Of a stretch of DNA of 64,000 nucleotides, positions 23,324-37,295 are shown piece after piece; position 1 is the first letter of the stretch, and every line of letters begins with the position of its first letter. A program made the translations under genes and the position numbers. The notes under the pieces are model-generated. The model made no database searches. It was not told the origin of the DNA and was given only the letters and a program-made list of their open reading frames with translations. The stretch is from Octopus bimaculoides (Eukaryota), in NCBI RefSeq assembly GCF_001194135.2, contig NC_068981.1, positions 31,280,183 through 31,344,182 of the forward strand. The letters are read 5' to 3'.

Positions 23324-24413
23324 GAGAGAAAAAAAATAACTGAAAGCTTTCCTCCACAACTGTTTGTTGACAACAAATATTACAATAATGAATTGGAATA
23401 TACACTAACATATCGACAAGACAATGAAAATCATCATCTCCATCAATATCATCGTAAAGATCAATACTTCGATTGAAGGAATCTTCAAAGCCATGGACGA
23501 AATGCTGTAAGATATTTTATGGACGTTCTTTTCAGTTTGCAATCCTGCTGTAGACGAGTTTGCATTTCATCCTTCCCTCGTCGATAAAATAAAGTAACAA
23601 CCAACTATGAGAGACGATATAAATGGTGTTCCCTCTCCAAAATAGATCTGGCCAGAATGTATTATCATTATTATTCATGAATTCAAGGTGATCGGTTGTC
23701 ACAATCGTTCGAGTGATGGATAAATGCCTTGCGTTACTTCTTTAATGTCATTACTTCGTAAGTTCTGATATCAAAGAGGTCAACTTAAACTTTTAAACTT
23801 CTGCATTCGATATGATCGAACATTCCCATTCACCTAAATTTCAGGACTTGTACCTATATTGGAAACAAATATTATTCGGGATTTCACTCATTCTAAATGC
23901 AGAGCAAGAAACAGAGAGAGAAAATAAAAGGAAAAAAACGAAGATATATTTAGTTTGTATGAATCTTTATAGTCGTTATTTACATCTTACATCGTATGGC
24001 TTTAATAATGGTTACTACATTTGTATTCAAAAATGAGAGAAGTCCGATTGAAATTACAAAGATAATAATGGACACGATTCCTCCAAATTACATTAAAAAA
24101 AAAGATGACAGCAGTAAGTGTTTACAATGTGGAACCTCTTGGTTGTTCTTTTTTTTTTTAATTGGTCCCATTTCGTTTAAGGATTGTGTAAGTTTCAGCG
24201 ACTTGCTTGCTTCTTCTTTTTACATTAGCCGTTCTTATACGTCATATATATNNNNNNNNNNNNNNNNNNNNNNNNNNNNNNNNNNNNNNNNNNNNNNNNN
24301 NNNNNNNNNNNNNNNNNNNNNNNNNNNNNNNNNNNNNNNNNNNNNNNNNNNNNNNNNNNNNNNNNNNNNNNNNNNNNNNNNNNNNNNNNNNNNNNNNNNN
24401 NNNNNNNNNNNNN

Positions 24414-24455
<42 letters not shown>

Positions 24456-24855
24456 ATGTATATATATATATTATATGCGTGTACATATATACATATGAAT
24501 TATACATATGCGCCTTGTGCATATGTATGATACAGTACATATAAGTCTACACGCACATATATATATGCATACATACATATATATATATATAGATATACAC
24601 ATTCATGCATATATATATATACTATATTGATATACATATATGTATATAGATTATATATATGCGTCTTGTGTCTGTGTATTACATATATACATATATATAT
24701 ATATATACATATATATACATACATATATATACATATATATACATATATATATATACATACATATACATATATATGCATATATATACATACATATATACAT
24801 ACATTATATACATATATATACATACATTATATACATTATATATATATATATGTAT
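24414..24855. repeat. Long degenerate (TA)/(CATATA)-type simple repeat
   Basis: Read directly. Confidence 0.9.
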
Positions 24856-26816
24856 ACGCATTTCTCTTTTTCAATTGATAAAAATTTTGGAAAAAAAATT
24901 CGCAAGTTGTCGGCGTTGCTTCAGATTGTTGTTGATGATTTTATATTTATTTTGTCTATCTGCAGCAGCCGACAAAGAATGAAATTGTGTTGTTTCAAAT
25001 CTGAAGCTTGTGTCAAATATATACAAATGAGATCAGTTTCTCACACACAATAAAACCTACCATTTATCTTGAGAGGTGTCTATAATGTTTGATGTTATGT
25101 GAGAATAGTTTAAGTTTAATTAATTTGTTAATTAATAATTTTGGCGAAGTACAAGACCTGTCATCACCAGTGAAACGTGCTTCATAAATTGCCAATAATA
25201 ACTAGCATTTTACTTTTAATATATATTACTAGATTTCTTATCTATTGAGAGCGAATGCGAAAATTTTATTGTGTGAAGAAATCATTAAATGGGCAAGTAA
25301 TAAATAATAATATTAATAATAATTATATTGGCAATACTAATGCTAAAAACCATGTTGTTGTTATTATCATCATTATTATTATTATTATTATTATTATTGT
25401 TATTATTATTATTATTATCATTATTATTATTATTATTATTCTTTTATTTGTGGGATTTCATTGATTTACCATAGCTTCAGATTGGAAAATAAAGAAAAAT
25501 AAAGAAAAAAAGAAAATAGTACAAAATTCAAATATATGAATGTAATATAGATATATTTATGTTATAATGAACAGTATGTGCAATGGCATTTGTGTTAGCT
25601 AAAAAATGATTGAAAGCAAAGCGACATCTGTTGAAAAAAATACAAATAACTTGGGACAACTCTCGATCACGGTGTAGCATGCCTGACATCAACCGGAGTA
25701 AACACGATCACAATGTTTCCTAAAGATTTGTTGTTTCTTTTTTGTTATTTTTTACTTTAATTTTTTTTTTTGTAAAATGGATGTATTTAATTTGTGGTTT
25801 GAGTGTTTTATAGTTTTTTTTAATATATTCTTTTGTTGGATATATTTCATTTATTTTTATTTTTTCGGATAAAGTACATGTAATTTATCAGCAAAATCAT
25901 CGGAAAGAGGCTTGACGCCAGGAAATACTTTCATTTGATGTACAAACTTCCGCTGGTTGTTTTTTTTTTTTTGTTTTTGAAATTTTGATTTTTGCATTTT
26001 ATTTCTTTAAACTTCAATTTTCAACCATATTTAAATTTCATTATTTGTTAATTTCCATTTTAGATATTTTTTTCTTTTTGGGTTTATTTGAGACGAAGGT
26101 TGAAAACTTAAAAGATAATTCGTTTAAAATGTATTTGGTTATCTTCTTTTTTATTAATATCATTGTCATCATTGATTATCTTTTTCTCTGTTCTTCTTCC
26201 TTGTCTCTCCACTGAAATCTCTGACATTTACATAGGATATCACTTTTGAATGGAACAAAGATGTCCTCAAAAAAAAAAAAAAAAAAAAAAAGATCGAAGA
26301 AAGAAAGAGCGGAGGAAATGAAAAAGGAAATGAAAATATAATGGAATGAAACAAAGGAAAAATTTTGAAAACGGAACAAAAATAAAATGCTCAAAATATG
26401 TCTGTTGGTTAATTAACACGGGGAAAATGCCTGGAGGTTTTGAAATATCTTCAAAATTATTAAATGATAAAAGAGACGAGGGTGATGTTGAATAAGGTTG
26501 AAAACGAACCAAAACAAATACACAAAATGGACGTAGAATGCAACGTCTGTTTTCAAATATTATTATCTCCCCCCAAATATGGTTCGTAACAGTTTTTTTT
26601 CCTTATGGTAGAACAGGGAAAATTTTAAAAATATAAAACAAAATTTGGGAAGAAAAAAAAACATGAAAGAATGGAAGATATTTTTTTCTCTCTTTGTGTG
26701 TAATTGTTGCAGTTGTTGTTGCTGTCGCTACTGCAGTTTTTATTTATATTTTTATGTTTTTATTTCAGTTCAGAAATATTTTAGTCCTTGCCTTATTATT
26801 TTTATACAATAGGATC

Positions 26817-27411
26817 TCAGGCAGCAGCCTTGCAATCTTTGCAGAACAAATACTCACTAAACTGCTGTCCTTCGACCCCACCGCCAGTAGCTGCTATTAG
26901 TTTAAAACCCTGATTTAGAAGCCTCTGCAATACTTGTACGGAATTTAATTTGCAAAATCCGTTCAAAGGAAATCGAATAACATATCTGTTTTCCATGTTC
27001 CAACCTGAATTCCTTGAATCCATTAGAGCAGAGCTAAGTTCAGGAAACACTTCCTCCAAAAGTGCCCTCTCCGCACTCAATGTGATTCGCTCCCCTAGAT
27101 CGGGGCTTATGCTGATTGCAATGCAGTCGCAGTATTCTTTCTCTTCTTTCTTCACTACGATCTTTTGTTTACTTTTTCTATAAAGTTCCACATCTTTTAC
27201 CATACTCGTGAGGTCGTAATATTTCGCTTCTTCCCATAACTGTTCAATTTCGTTGAAATTATCAGGTAGTATCAGTTTGGCACTCCTTAGATAATTCAGT
27301 ATGTGTCGGAACATTTTCCCATCTCTGTCAATGAAATAGTGCTGCTTCAGACTGTCCAGAACAATAGGTATGCTTCCATTAAACATTCGGGCAAGCTTAG
27401 ACTCCGGAAAC
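26817..27411 (-). CDS. KCTD1/KCTD15: Terminal coding exon of a KCTD1/KCTD15-like BTB/POZ protein (C-terminal part of the BTB domain plus the whole C-terminal domain); 5' exon(s) not located
   Basis: Translation contains FPESKLARMFNGSIPIVLDSLKQHYFIDRDGKMFRHILNYLR...PDLGERITLS...FPLNGFCKLNSVQVLQRL...GGGVEGQQFSEYLF, which follows KCTD1/KCTD15/tiwaz motifs as I recall them (PIVLDSLKQHYFIDRDG, PDLGERITLS, RFPLNG.C.LNSVQVL, GGG...QFSEY). Minus-strand acceptor tgttgcAG|G TTT CCG with AG at 27413-27412 gives a phase-2 start at 27411. TGA at 26819-26817. The ORF-track Met at 27455 lies in the intron. Confidence 0.95.
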
Positions 27412-27519
27412 CTGCAACACAAGAAAATATATAACTGTATAAATAAACCTGTCAAGTAAACATTAATGTAAGATATAATTAAACAATATTTAATAATAAC
27501 AATTAGATAAACAACTACG

Positions 27520-27584
<65 letters not shown>

Positions 27585-27793
27585 CCTTTCTGCTATAGGC
27601 CAAATGCCCGAAATTTGGTGGAAGGGACCAGTCGATTAAATCGACCCAAGTACGCAACTGGTATTTAATTTATCGACCCCGAAAGGATGAAAGGCAAAGT
27701 CAACCTCGGCGGAATTTGAACTCAGAACGCAAAAACGGAAGAAATGCCACTGAGCATTTTGTCCGGCATGCTAACGATTCTGCTAGCTCGCCG
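27585..27793 (-). mobile_element. SINE family B copy with tail type 2, in the KCTD intron
   Basis: Reverse complement: CGGCGAGCTAGCAGAATCGTTAGCATGCCGG...GAGTTCAAATTCCGCCGAGGTTGAC...TTTCGGGCATTTGGCCTATAGCAGAAAGGA, followed by (TTA)n. Confidence 0.85.
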
Positions 27794-27794
27794 T

Positions 27795-27918
<124 letters not shown>

Positions 27919-28889
27919 GACTGAGAAATGCCAACACAGGACATCCAAAAAAACCAGCGAGATTAATGTGGTTTATGTTCGTCTTAAATATGCTGCAAAT
28001 TGTATTTGCAAGGAGGAAATTGCAGATGAAGAGCGTTCTGGTACGGAAGGAATGTGCTTAGATTAGGGAGTGTAATGGATATAGCGTGAGTGACAATAGA
28101 CGAGTGACTCGGAAGCTTGAATAAAAGTAAGTCTGGATCAGTCAAGAATAATGAAATTTATCTCACATGCATTTAGCGTGAAGAATCCAGAGATGTGTAA
28201 TATGTGTGTCGATGCAGAAACATGAAAATATCAACTGTATCAATTTAAAAGAATTTGGTATTTATTGAGAAACCTAAAAGAATTTGAAACAAAGGAGGGG
28301 GGGAACAGAGAGAAAGTGTGAGAGAAAGAGAGAGAAATGTGTGATAAAAAGAAAGTAAAGAAGCAAAAAGAAAGAGAGGAGGAAGGTGATTTAGAGGAGA
28401 GAAGGAGAGGGGGAAAAGAGAAAATTATAGTAAAAGATTGAAATATATTTGTTTCTGTTACATAATTCGTTGTATCGTTTAATGTTGCTGTTCGTCTGAC
28501 ACAAGACAAACATCAGCTTAAATAGTCACCGAATGCTATAACAAACGGATGGAAATAATCAAATCAAATCAAAAACGAAAAACAGCATTGGTTTTGAAAA
28601 GATGCCAAGACTGTCTACATAAATCTGGCATCGACCTTCGACAATCAAGTTACGTAGTAAATTACATTGCCATTCCCTCTCAGTTTGTCTCATTCATGCT
28701 CACTCGTTCCCATTCCTTCTATCTCTCTATTTCACTATCATTCCCCCTCACTGACTCTCTCTCTCTCTCGCTCACTCTATATTATGATTGACCCCCCCCC
28801 CTCTTCAATTGACTTGTGTCGTGTACAACGTAAATGTTCTGATCTCGATTAGGTTCAGACGCGCCATTAACCACAATGTCGATCTGCCG

Positions 28890-28920
<31 letters not shown>

Positions 28921-29665
28921 CTTTTCTTGTTTCCCTACTCGTTTACAAACCCATTGTTTGAACCTGTTATGTGATAAGATTTTGTGCTACATATGATATC
29001 ATACGGTATCTCTCTCTCAAACACACATTCACCTTCTCTCACACACATACACACACACCCTCTCTCTCATACACACACTCTCTCTCTCATACACACACTC
29101 ATACTTTAGTCGTCTGTCTTTTAGTTACACAAGCAAAAATTGCTCTATTGTCGAATTTGCATTATATTTGCTATGAAGAAGACATATTCATGATGTAGCA
29201 ACATTATACGAACGTCAATTCAATGAACTCTATATAAACAGATTGACCCTGTATCTTACAATAAATAATTAAGCTTTCAGATATCAGCACTGTTAAAACG
29301 TTAGAAATCTGTTGAAAAAAGGTCTAGTTGTTTGAATTTTGAATTAGAACATGCTTCGACCTTAATGCATATTCAAGCCAGAGCACAGAGAGACGAAATT
29401 TCTACTACTTGATTGTTCATCTGCCATACATTTTTCATGCTATACAGAGAATAGTGTAGTGTAGTACAAACAATTTCTCCGCTGACCCCTGCTTGTTAAA
29501 ACCCGCTTAACATTTTTTTAAAGAAAGTGCTCTTGTGTTAAGTTCTAATGTACTTCGAAATTGATAAAAATCGCATCTCATTTCTCTCTATTCTGAATGT
29601 GAATACCATGTGATTATTCAAAATATACTAACAGCAGGTTAGTTTTTGATATTGAGTGGTTAAAA

Positions 29666-29704
<39 letters not shown>

Positions 29705-29835
29705 TATGCAGGGCAGGGAATCATCAATTAGTAATAAAATTAATAATTAACAATTTCTGCCGGGTAGCTCAGTATGAAAAAACCTTTTTCGGTAAATAAT
29801 AATTTATAATCATTGTCAATCCCTATATATTTATG

Positions 29836-29881
<46 letters not shown>

Positions 29882-29885
<4 letters not shown>

Positions 29886-30707
29886 GTCATCCCATAAGTT
29901 CTGTCTGATTTTTTAAAATTGAATGAAATTTAATAGTATTTTAGAATGTCTAATGGAATTAAAAATTATTTTTATGCATTTGTGTACACTTAAACCAATT
30001 AAATATTATTTTACAGAAACGTTTTCTAACATGGAAGTACCCAAAGAGCATTTAAGGCACATAATGCTTTATGAGTACAAAAAAGGAAACTGCAACCGAA
30101 GCGACTCGAAATATACACTCAGTTTATGGAAAAGAATGCCAGAAGATAGTTTGCAAAATTCAGAAGTGGAGATTACAGCCTTGAAGATGAAGATTGAACA
30201 GGACGTCCAGTTGAGTTTGATGATCAGCTCCTTGAGGCATTACTTTAAGAAGATCCTGCATTATATGTTGAAGAATTGGCAATAAAGCTTAGTTCAAATC
30301 ATACAACTGTTCATCATCTTCAAGAACTGGGTAAGGTTCCTAAACTTGGAAAATGGGTGCCTCATGAATTGTCCGAAAGCAACTGCAAATCCTGAGTTGA
30401 CATCTGCTCTTCTCTCCATTCTCGCGAACTCATTTCACCCTTTGTGGATAGACTTGTGACTGGTATCGAAAAATGGATCTTCTATCGAAATGTTAAACGC
30501 CGTAAACAGTGGCTTGGTATAAGGGAAAAAAGCTCAACCACAAACGAGAAGAGAACTTCAGGAAAAAAAGATTCTTCTCTCTATCTGGTGGGATTGCAAA
30601 GGGGGAATTCACTTTGAATTGGTACAATCTAATGCAACAATCAATGCTCAAGTCTACTGTCAACAATTAGAGCGTGTGAACCAAGCATTGAAGAAAAAAA
30701 GAGATTA
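29882..30707 (+). mobile_element. mariner (Mos1/Hsmar-type) remnant, 3' truncated
   Basis: Begins TA-TCAGGTCATCCCATAAGTTCTGTC after a (TA)n run. ATG at 30031, MEVPKEHLRHIMLYEYKKG. Later frames give GKWVPHELSE (WVPHEL motif), LVTGIEKWIFYRNVKRRKQW and LSIWWDCKGGIHFEL, with frameshifts and stops. No second TIR seen. Confidence 0.9.
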
Positions 30708-30878
30708 GAGAACGATCGCACCATGAAATAGGCGATGATAAACGGGAATATAGGAAAACAAGTTAAACCCATCGTTTATTGTGTTGTTCAATTAATAGAA
30801 AAAATTATACCAGAGAAAAAAATTCTATTAGAAATAATTGTGTAAGGGACAACACCAAGAGAAAATGAAAATACATCA

Positions 30879-31187
30879 GGCGCAGGGGCGGCTGTGTGGT
30901 AAGTAGTTTGCTTCCCAGCTACACGATCCCGGTTTCCGTCCCACAGTATGTCATTTTGGGCAAATGTTTTCTATTGCCTAGATTCCATCAAAGCTTTGTT
31001 AGTTGTCAGTGGATTTGGCAAATGAAACTGAAAGAAGTCCATCGTGTGTATGTATGTATGCTTGTGTGTGACTTTGTATCTAAGCACCAGGCTTTAAAAA
31101 AGACACTGGGGTTGATTCGTTTGAGTAAAACTCTTCAAGGTGGTGCTCAATCATGGCCGCAATCTAGCGACTGAGATAAGTAAAAGA
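30879..31187 (+). mobile_element. Diverged SINE family A copy, sense orientation
   Basis: GGCGCAGGGGCGGCTGTGTGGTAAGTAGTTTGCTT...TTGGGCAAATGTTTTC...CATGGCCGCAATC...GTAAAAGA. Confidence 0.75.
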
Positions 31188-31832
31188 TCATGTAAAGATT
31201 ATTAATAGTTACGTATATTTTGTTTCCTATTACCATAACAATGTCCTTTTTTTCTATAGATATTTATTTGTTCCTTTACGGGCGTATGTTTGAATCAATG
31301 TCTCTAATCGCTTATTTTTTACTTGTTCCAGTCATTGCATTGCACTGCCTTTAAGGGTTTAACTGAAATAATCGACTCCATACATATGCATACATGCATG
31401 TATAAGACGTTGCTTACAGGAAAAGACGTCAAACAGAAACTGATGTAGCAGAAATCGATACAGGCCCCCACCTACACACACACACACTAATGTTTGCTTT
31501 TATCTCGTGTAATGTTAAAAACAGTTTTACATTAAACTGAAGGATGACTCAATATTTTAAGTAGAGTACATAGTGGTTATACTTTTACTAGTGGTGCTAG
31601 TGTCTTCGAAATTTCAGTCCGTTAGCCTTCATCGGACTGTCTGTCATCACTCCAGTAAAATTTTGTGTGTGTGTGTATCTGTGTGTTTCCTGTGAAACAG
31701 GCGCTTTGCCCATTCTGAGCCGGTGATTATTATATAACGGTCTAGAAATGGATTGAAGCCTCAGCTTAGAATAATACTCGGTGAATGTAGTGAGCAATTT
31801 TCCTTCCACGTTCGTATATTCGAATTCATAAG

Positions 31833-31867
<35 letters not shown>

Positions 31868-32115
31868 ATAAGTGTGTGCATGTTTGTTGTGACTAAACAT
31901 ACAGAAATCTCACAATACGCTCACACATAGGCACACACACACGTACACACATACACACACACACATACATATATATATTAGCATTGGAACATCTAATTCG
32001 ACATTAATTATTACAGAAGGGAGTTGGGGCGGAAAAAAAATTGCTGGAAACAAAATATGATAAAGTAAAAAAAGAAATGTGAGGGTAGGTGAAAAGAGGA
32101 AATAGAAAAGAATAT

Positions 32116-32150
<35 letters not shown>

Positions 32151-32565
32151 AGAGAAAATTGAGAGAAAAGCAAACGGAATGAGAAAAGTAAGATCGATGA
32201 ACGAGCATGATTTTCCTCTCATCTGAGGCGAGAAGAGTTGAGAACAGCCATGTGAGGCGCTTATATATACATATACATGCATCGTTTTGATTGAATAAGC
32301 CGGCAGGTTATATATCGTCTATTTTATTGCTTTAACGGTTAGAGGCAATAATCTCTCATTCCTCACTCTCTCTTCTTATTTTTCTCTCCCTCTCTCTTCT
32401 CTCTTACTCCCACTCTCTTTCTCCGTGTTTATCAGGATATCTTTTTATTCTTCATCTCTGAGCTTCTAATTATCATTGTTCCTTTTATTCGTAGCACAGA
32501 AAGAGCTAGCTATGTATCTATGTATGTATGTATGTATGTGTATGTATGTGCGCAAGCAGCAATCC

Positions 32566-32626
<61 letters not shown>

Positions 32627-32894
32627 ACTGTCTGTCTGTTTATGCAAGTATGACTGAATGCATGTAATGTATGGCAAGTATGCGTGTGTTGTGCGTGTGT
32701 ATGTTATGCATGTAAGCATTAACGTCGATAACTGTGCATATATGTGTTGCATGACATACATGTATGCATTTTTGTAGCTACGTATGTATATATATACATA
32801 TATATTTGCACAAATGAATCTGTCTACTTAAGTGCTTGCGTGCGTGCGTGTGTATACGCATATAGACATACACACACATATATATATATATGTA

Positions 32895-32993
<99 letters not shown>

Positions 32994-33865
32994 CAGATCT
33001 ATTTAAACTTTCGTGTGTATACATGTATCTTTGTATGAATGACTGCGTATATATGTATGCATATCTCTGTGCATGCATGTATATTCGTGTGCATATGTAT
33101 GCGCGTATATACATGAATGTGTATCAGATGGAAGAGTGCATACTGCAAAAAGACCTTGAGACCCCGCCGGGCACATCCTACGGTTCATTACAGACCGCCC
33201 CCGTTTTGGTGTAAAATATTCTTTGTGTGCAGGCATTTCGATTCAATTATACCGATTCCTGAGCCCCTTTTTTGCTTGTGGCAAATGATCAAAGGGTGAG
33301 TTCCTTTCGTCATGGCAACCAGAAGAATATATCTCCGATCAAGTTCAAAGCCATGTATATTTCTACAATTCTTCAAATGTCATTTATTGCTAGGCAAGAT
33401 TGTACCACCCATCATCTCTTGTTCTCAGCCTCCCAGCACAATTATTTGCCTCACCTCTTCTTCTCATACTCTTTTTGTTTCTTTGGTTCCTTCTTTCTCC
33501 TCTCCTCGCCTTCTTTCTTACACTCCCGTGCTCTTTTTCTCTTCCCTCAGAGACTACAAGAAACAAATCTATGATATTTAAACCGACTCTGTAGTCAGTC
33601 TCTCCTCTGCTGTACGGGTCAACGCGCATGTGGATAGAGGCAGCCTACTTCAACCACTGGGATAAACATACCGCCATTTACACCCAGGGGCTAAAGTAAG
33701 GAGAGAGAACTGTGCTAGGGCAGATGGGACAAAACTTGGCACCTCTATCCTTAGCTGATTCTTGCACACAAATGTTAATACTACCTCGGGGGGGAATCAT
33801 CTGGTTACAAATAACACATTAGACAAAGAAGTGTAGTTTCTTTGAAGCGGAATGAATAGGGAATG

Positions 33866-33916
<51 letters not shown>

Positions 33917-34127
33917 AGAGAAAGAGAGATAGAGAGAGAGAAAGATGTGGAGGGATAGAGGAGGGAGAAAGAAAAAGAAAACGCGAGAATCAGAGAAGGA
34001 AAGAAAGAAAAATAAAACAACAGAAAAAGTACTTGCAATTAGACGTTTATTTTTGTTACGTACATACGTACACACATACACATACATTTATAAACACATA
34101 CACAGACAAACATACAACTACATGAGA

Positions 34128-34170
<43 letters not shown>

Positions 34171-34582
34171 TATATTCTCTTTTCAATATTTTTTATTCTG
34201 TTTATTTTATATTATTATTGTCGTTGTTGTTGCAGTTGTTTTTTTTGTTTTTTTCTATATATTATTTTAATATTTATCTTCACTTTTATTCAATTTTATT
34301 GTTATTATTGTTATTTATATTTATATTTTTTTCATGCCGTTGGGCATCGGTTTCCCTGTGTGTGACTGCAGAACATACAGCTGTGTCTGTAAGACAGGAG
34401 GGCTTAGACATTCAGTGACGTTGGTAGTGGTAGCTGTGGAAATAAATAAGAGAGAGAGGTGGGAGAGAAAAACAGAGAGAGAGGGAGAGAGGGGAGGAAG
34501 AGAAATAGAAAACGTCCAAATGATAGAGCGCGAGAGAAAAATAGATATGTGTGTGTATGTGTGTGCGTGTGTGTGTATACAC

Positions 34583-34619
<37 letters not shown>

Positions 34620-34745
34620 NNNNNNNNNNNNNNNNNNNNNNNNNNNNNNNNNNNNNNNNNNNNNNNNNNNNNNNNNNNNNNNNNNNNNNNNNNNNNNNNN
34701 NNNNNNNNNNNNNNNNNNNNNNNNNNNNNNNNNNNNNNNNNNNNN

Positions 34746-34776
<31 letters not shown>

Positions 34777-35165
34777 ACTCTCTCTCTCTCTTTCTACCCC
34801 CTCTCTCTCACTCTCTCTCTCTTTCTATCTCTCTCCCCATCTCTCTCTCCCCACTGTTTTACCCACGGAACTAGTTACAGTAAGTCTGAAGAAGTGTTGT
34901 GGGGGAAGCTATTCTTAGTTTGCTGTTCTTCAGAAATGAAGAAGTATTGAGGGCTACGTTACGAATAACTCGTCCATTAACTTGTTAATTTAATGATCAT
35001 CGTGTTAGATCAGATAATCGAACGACTAGTCACTCACCATTCGAAACCGACCAAGAAATAGTCATATACATCTGTATGTGCCTGTTTGTCCATGCATACA
35101 CGTATATTCATATGCATACACAAATACATATGTAGGTATATATATATATATANNNNNNNNNNATG

Positions 35166-35201
<36 letters not shown>

Positions 35202-35496
35202 ATATATATGATTGAAAGATAGGGATGTAGAAAGATTGTAAGGGGGGAAAATCATTCAGCAGTCCTTGTATTTACATGCGTGTGTATGTGCTTGTGCGTT
35301 GTGTACACAGATATGTATGTGTAAAATATATACATGTTTGTGTGTGTGTATGTGCGTCAAGGTGTGCGCAGCGTTCATTTTCGTAGAGTGGTTCACAAGG
35401 TGAGTATATTCAGATTCACAGAGCTTAGTCCAAATCCTGCCGATGTCGAATTTGCCTTTCAACCTGATAAAGTACCTGTTAAGAACTGATACCCTG

Positions 35497-35544
<48 letters not shown>

Positions 35545-36162
35545 NNNNNNNNNNNNNNNNNNNNNNNNNNNNNNNNNNNNNNNNNNNNNNNNNNNNNNNN
35601 NNNNNNNNNNNNNNNNNNNNNNNNNNNNNNNNNNNNNNNNNNNNNNNNNNNNNNNNNNNNNNNNNNNNNNNNNNNNNNNNNNNNNNNNNNNNNNNNNNNN
35701 NNNNNNNNNNNNNNNNNNNNNNNNNNNNNNNNNNNNNNNNNNNNNNNNNNNNNNNNNNNNNNNNNNNNNNNNNNNNNNNNNNNNNNNNNNNNNNNNNNNN
35801 NNNNNNNNNNNNNNNNNNNNNNNNNNNNNNNNNNNNNNNNNNNNNNNNNNNNNNNNNNNNNNNNNNNNNNNNNNNNNNNNNNNNNNNNNNNNNNNNNNNN
35901 NNNNNNNNNNNNNNNNNNNNNNNNNNNNNNNNNNNNNNNNNNNNNNNNNNNNNNNNNNNNNNNNNNNNNNNNNNNNNNNNNNNNNNNNNNNNNNNNNNNN
36001 NNNNNNNNNNNNNNNNNNNNNNNNNNNNGTGTGTGTGCATGAAAATACACACACACACACATAAAATACATACATCCCTATATCATGCGCGATATGTACA
36101 AAAAACTTTCAAAATTTCAATACTTCTCCTTTTCGCACCCCCTCTCACATGCATAAAGACAT

Positions 36163-36202
<40 letters not shown>

Positions 36203-36866
36203 CCTCTCCCCCTCTCTCTTTCTCTCCTTTGTGTCCGCTGTTTCACTACACATACATCACACCATCGCTCTGCTTTTCTGTTTCTCTCTCTCTCTCTCTC
36301 TCTGTCTATCTTTCAATATCTCGTTCTCTATTTCTTTCTCCTCTAAATATCACACTCCACCCACTTTTCTCACCTCTCATCAATGCAATCATTCAATGTT
36401 GCAGTTACTTCCACCCCATTTTATCTTTTAAAACGTGTCCTTTGCTCCCCTCCCATTAAACCTCTTTCTATTACATGCCTGCAATTATCACACGCCTTCT
36501 TCTCACACTAAAGCAAACAATTTTCTCTTCCTACATTGTTTTTGCTGCATATTTATATTTTTTTTTGTCCGCCACCTTCTCTAATTCCACATCACACACC
36601 CACACGCTTTCACATGTGTATGCATATAGGTGTGTGTATATTTGTGAGCCTGTGTGTATGTGTATGAATGTATGCATGTGTCTGTGAGCGTATGTAATGT
36701 GAAGTACTGTTTCGTTATTAGTAGGATCAACAGAAAAAAAAAATACTTCATGCAGCGTGATATAAATATCAGTTAATAAACAGATTCTAAATGGGAACTA
36801 GAATGAGTTTCATGCCCCGATAATGCAATAAATTGCAGGAGCTTGAATAGCGCGCCCTGTACTCTC

Positions 36867-37295
36867 GTTTTCTACTCTGGCACAAGGCTCGAAAATTGAG
36901 GGGAGGAAGCCAGTCGATAAGATCGACCCCAGTGCGCTACTGGTACTTAATTTATCGACCCCGAAAGGATGAAAGGCAAATTCGACCTCGGTGGAATATG
37001 AACTCAGAACGTAAAGACAGATGAAATACCACGAATCATATCACCCGGCGTGCTAACGTTTCTTATTTCTTTATTGACGACAAGGGGCTAAGCATAGAGG
37101 GGACAAACACGGACAGACAAAGGGATTAAGTTGATTACATCGACCCCAGTGCGTAAACTGGTACTTAATTTATCGACCTCGAAAGGATGAAAGGCAAAGT
37201 CGACCTCGGCGGAATTTGAACTCAGAACGTAACGGCAGATGAAATACCGCTAAGCATTTCATCCGGCGTGCTAACGTCTCTGCCAGCTCGCCGCT
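36867..37295 (-). mobile_element. SINE family B head-to-tail dimer (unit with tail 1, then unit with tail 2)
   Basis: Unit 1 is 37295-37060 and unit 2 is 37059-36867; the junction reads ...AATAAAGAAATAAGAAACGTTAGCACGCCGGG. Confidence 0.85.

Noticed and set aside
25460-26816. Defining the KCTD 3' UTR end and poly(A) site
   Set aside because: There are many minus-strand AATAAA candidates in this AT-rich DNA; none can be chosen without transcript data.
27412-27455. Met at 27455 as the KCTD start codon
   Set aside because: MTGLFIQLYIFLCC precedes a clear acceptor, has no family similarity, and would omit the start of the BTB domain.
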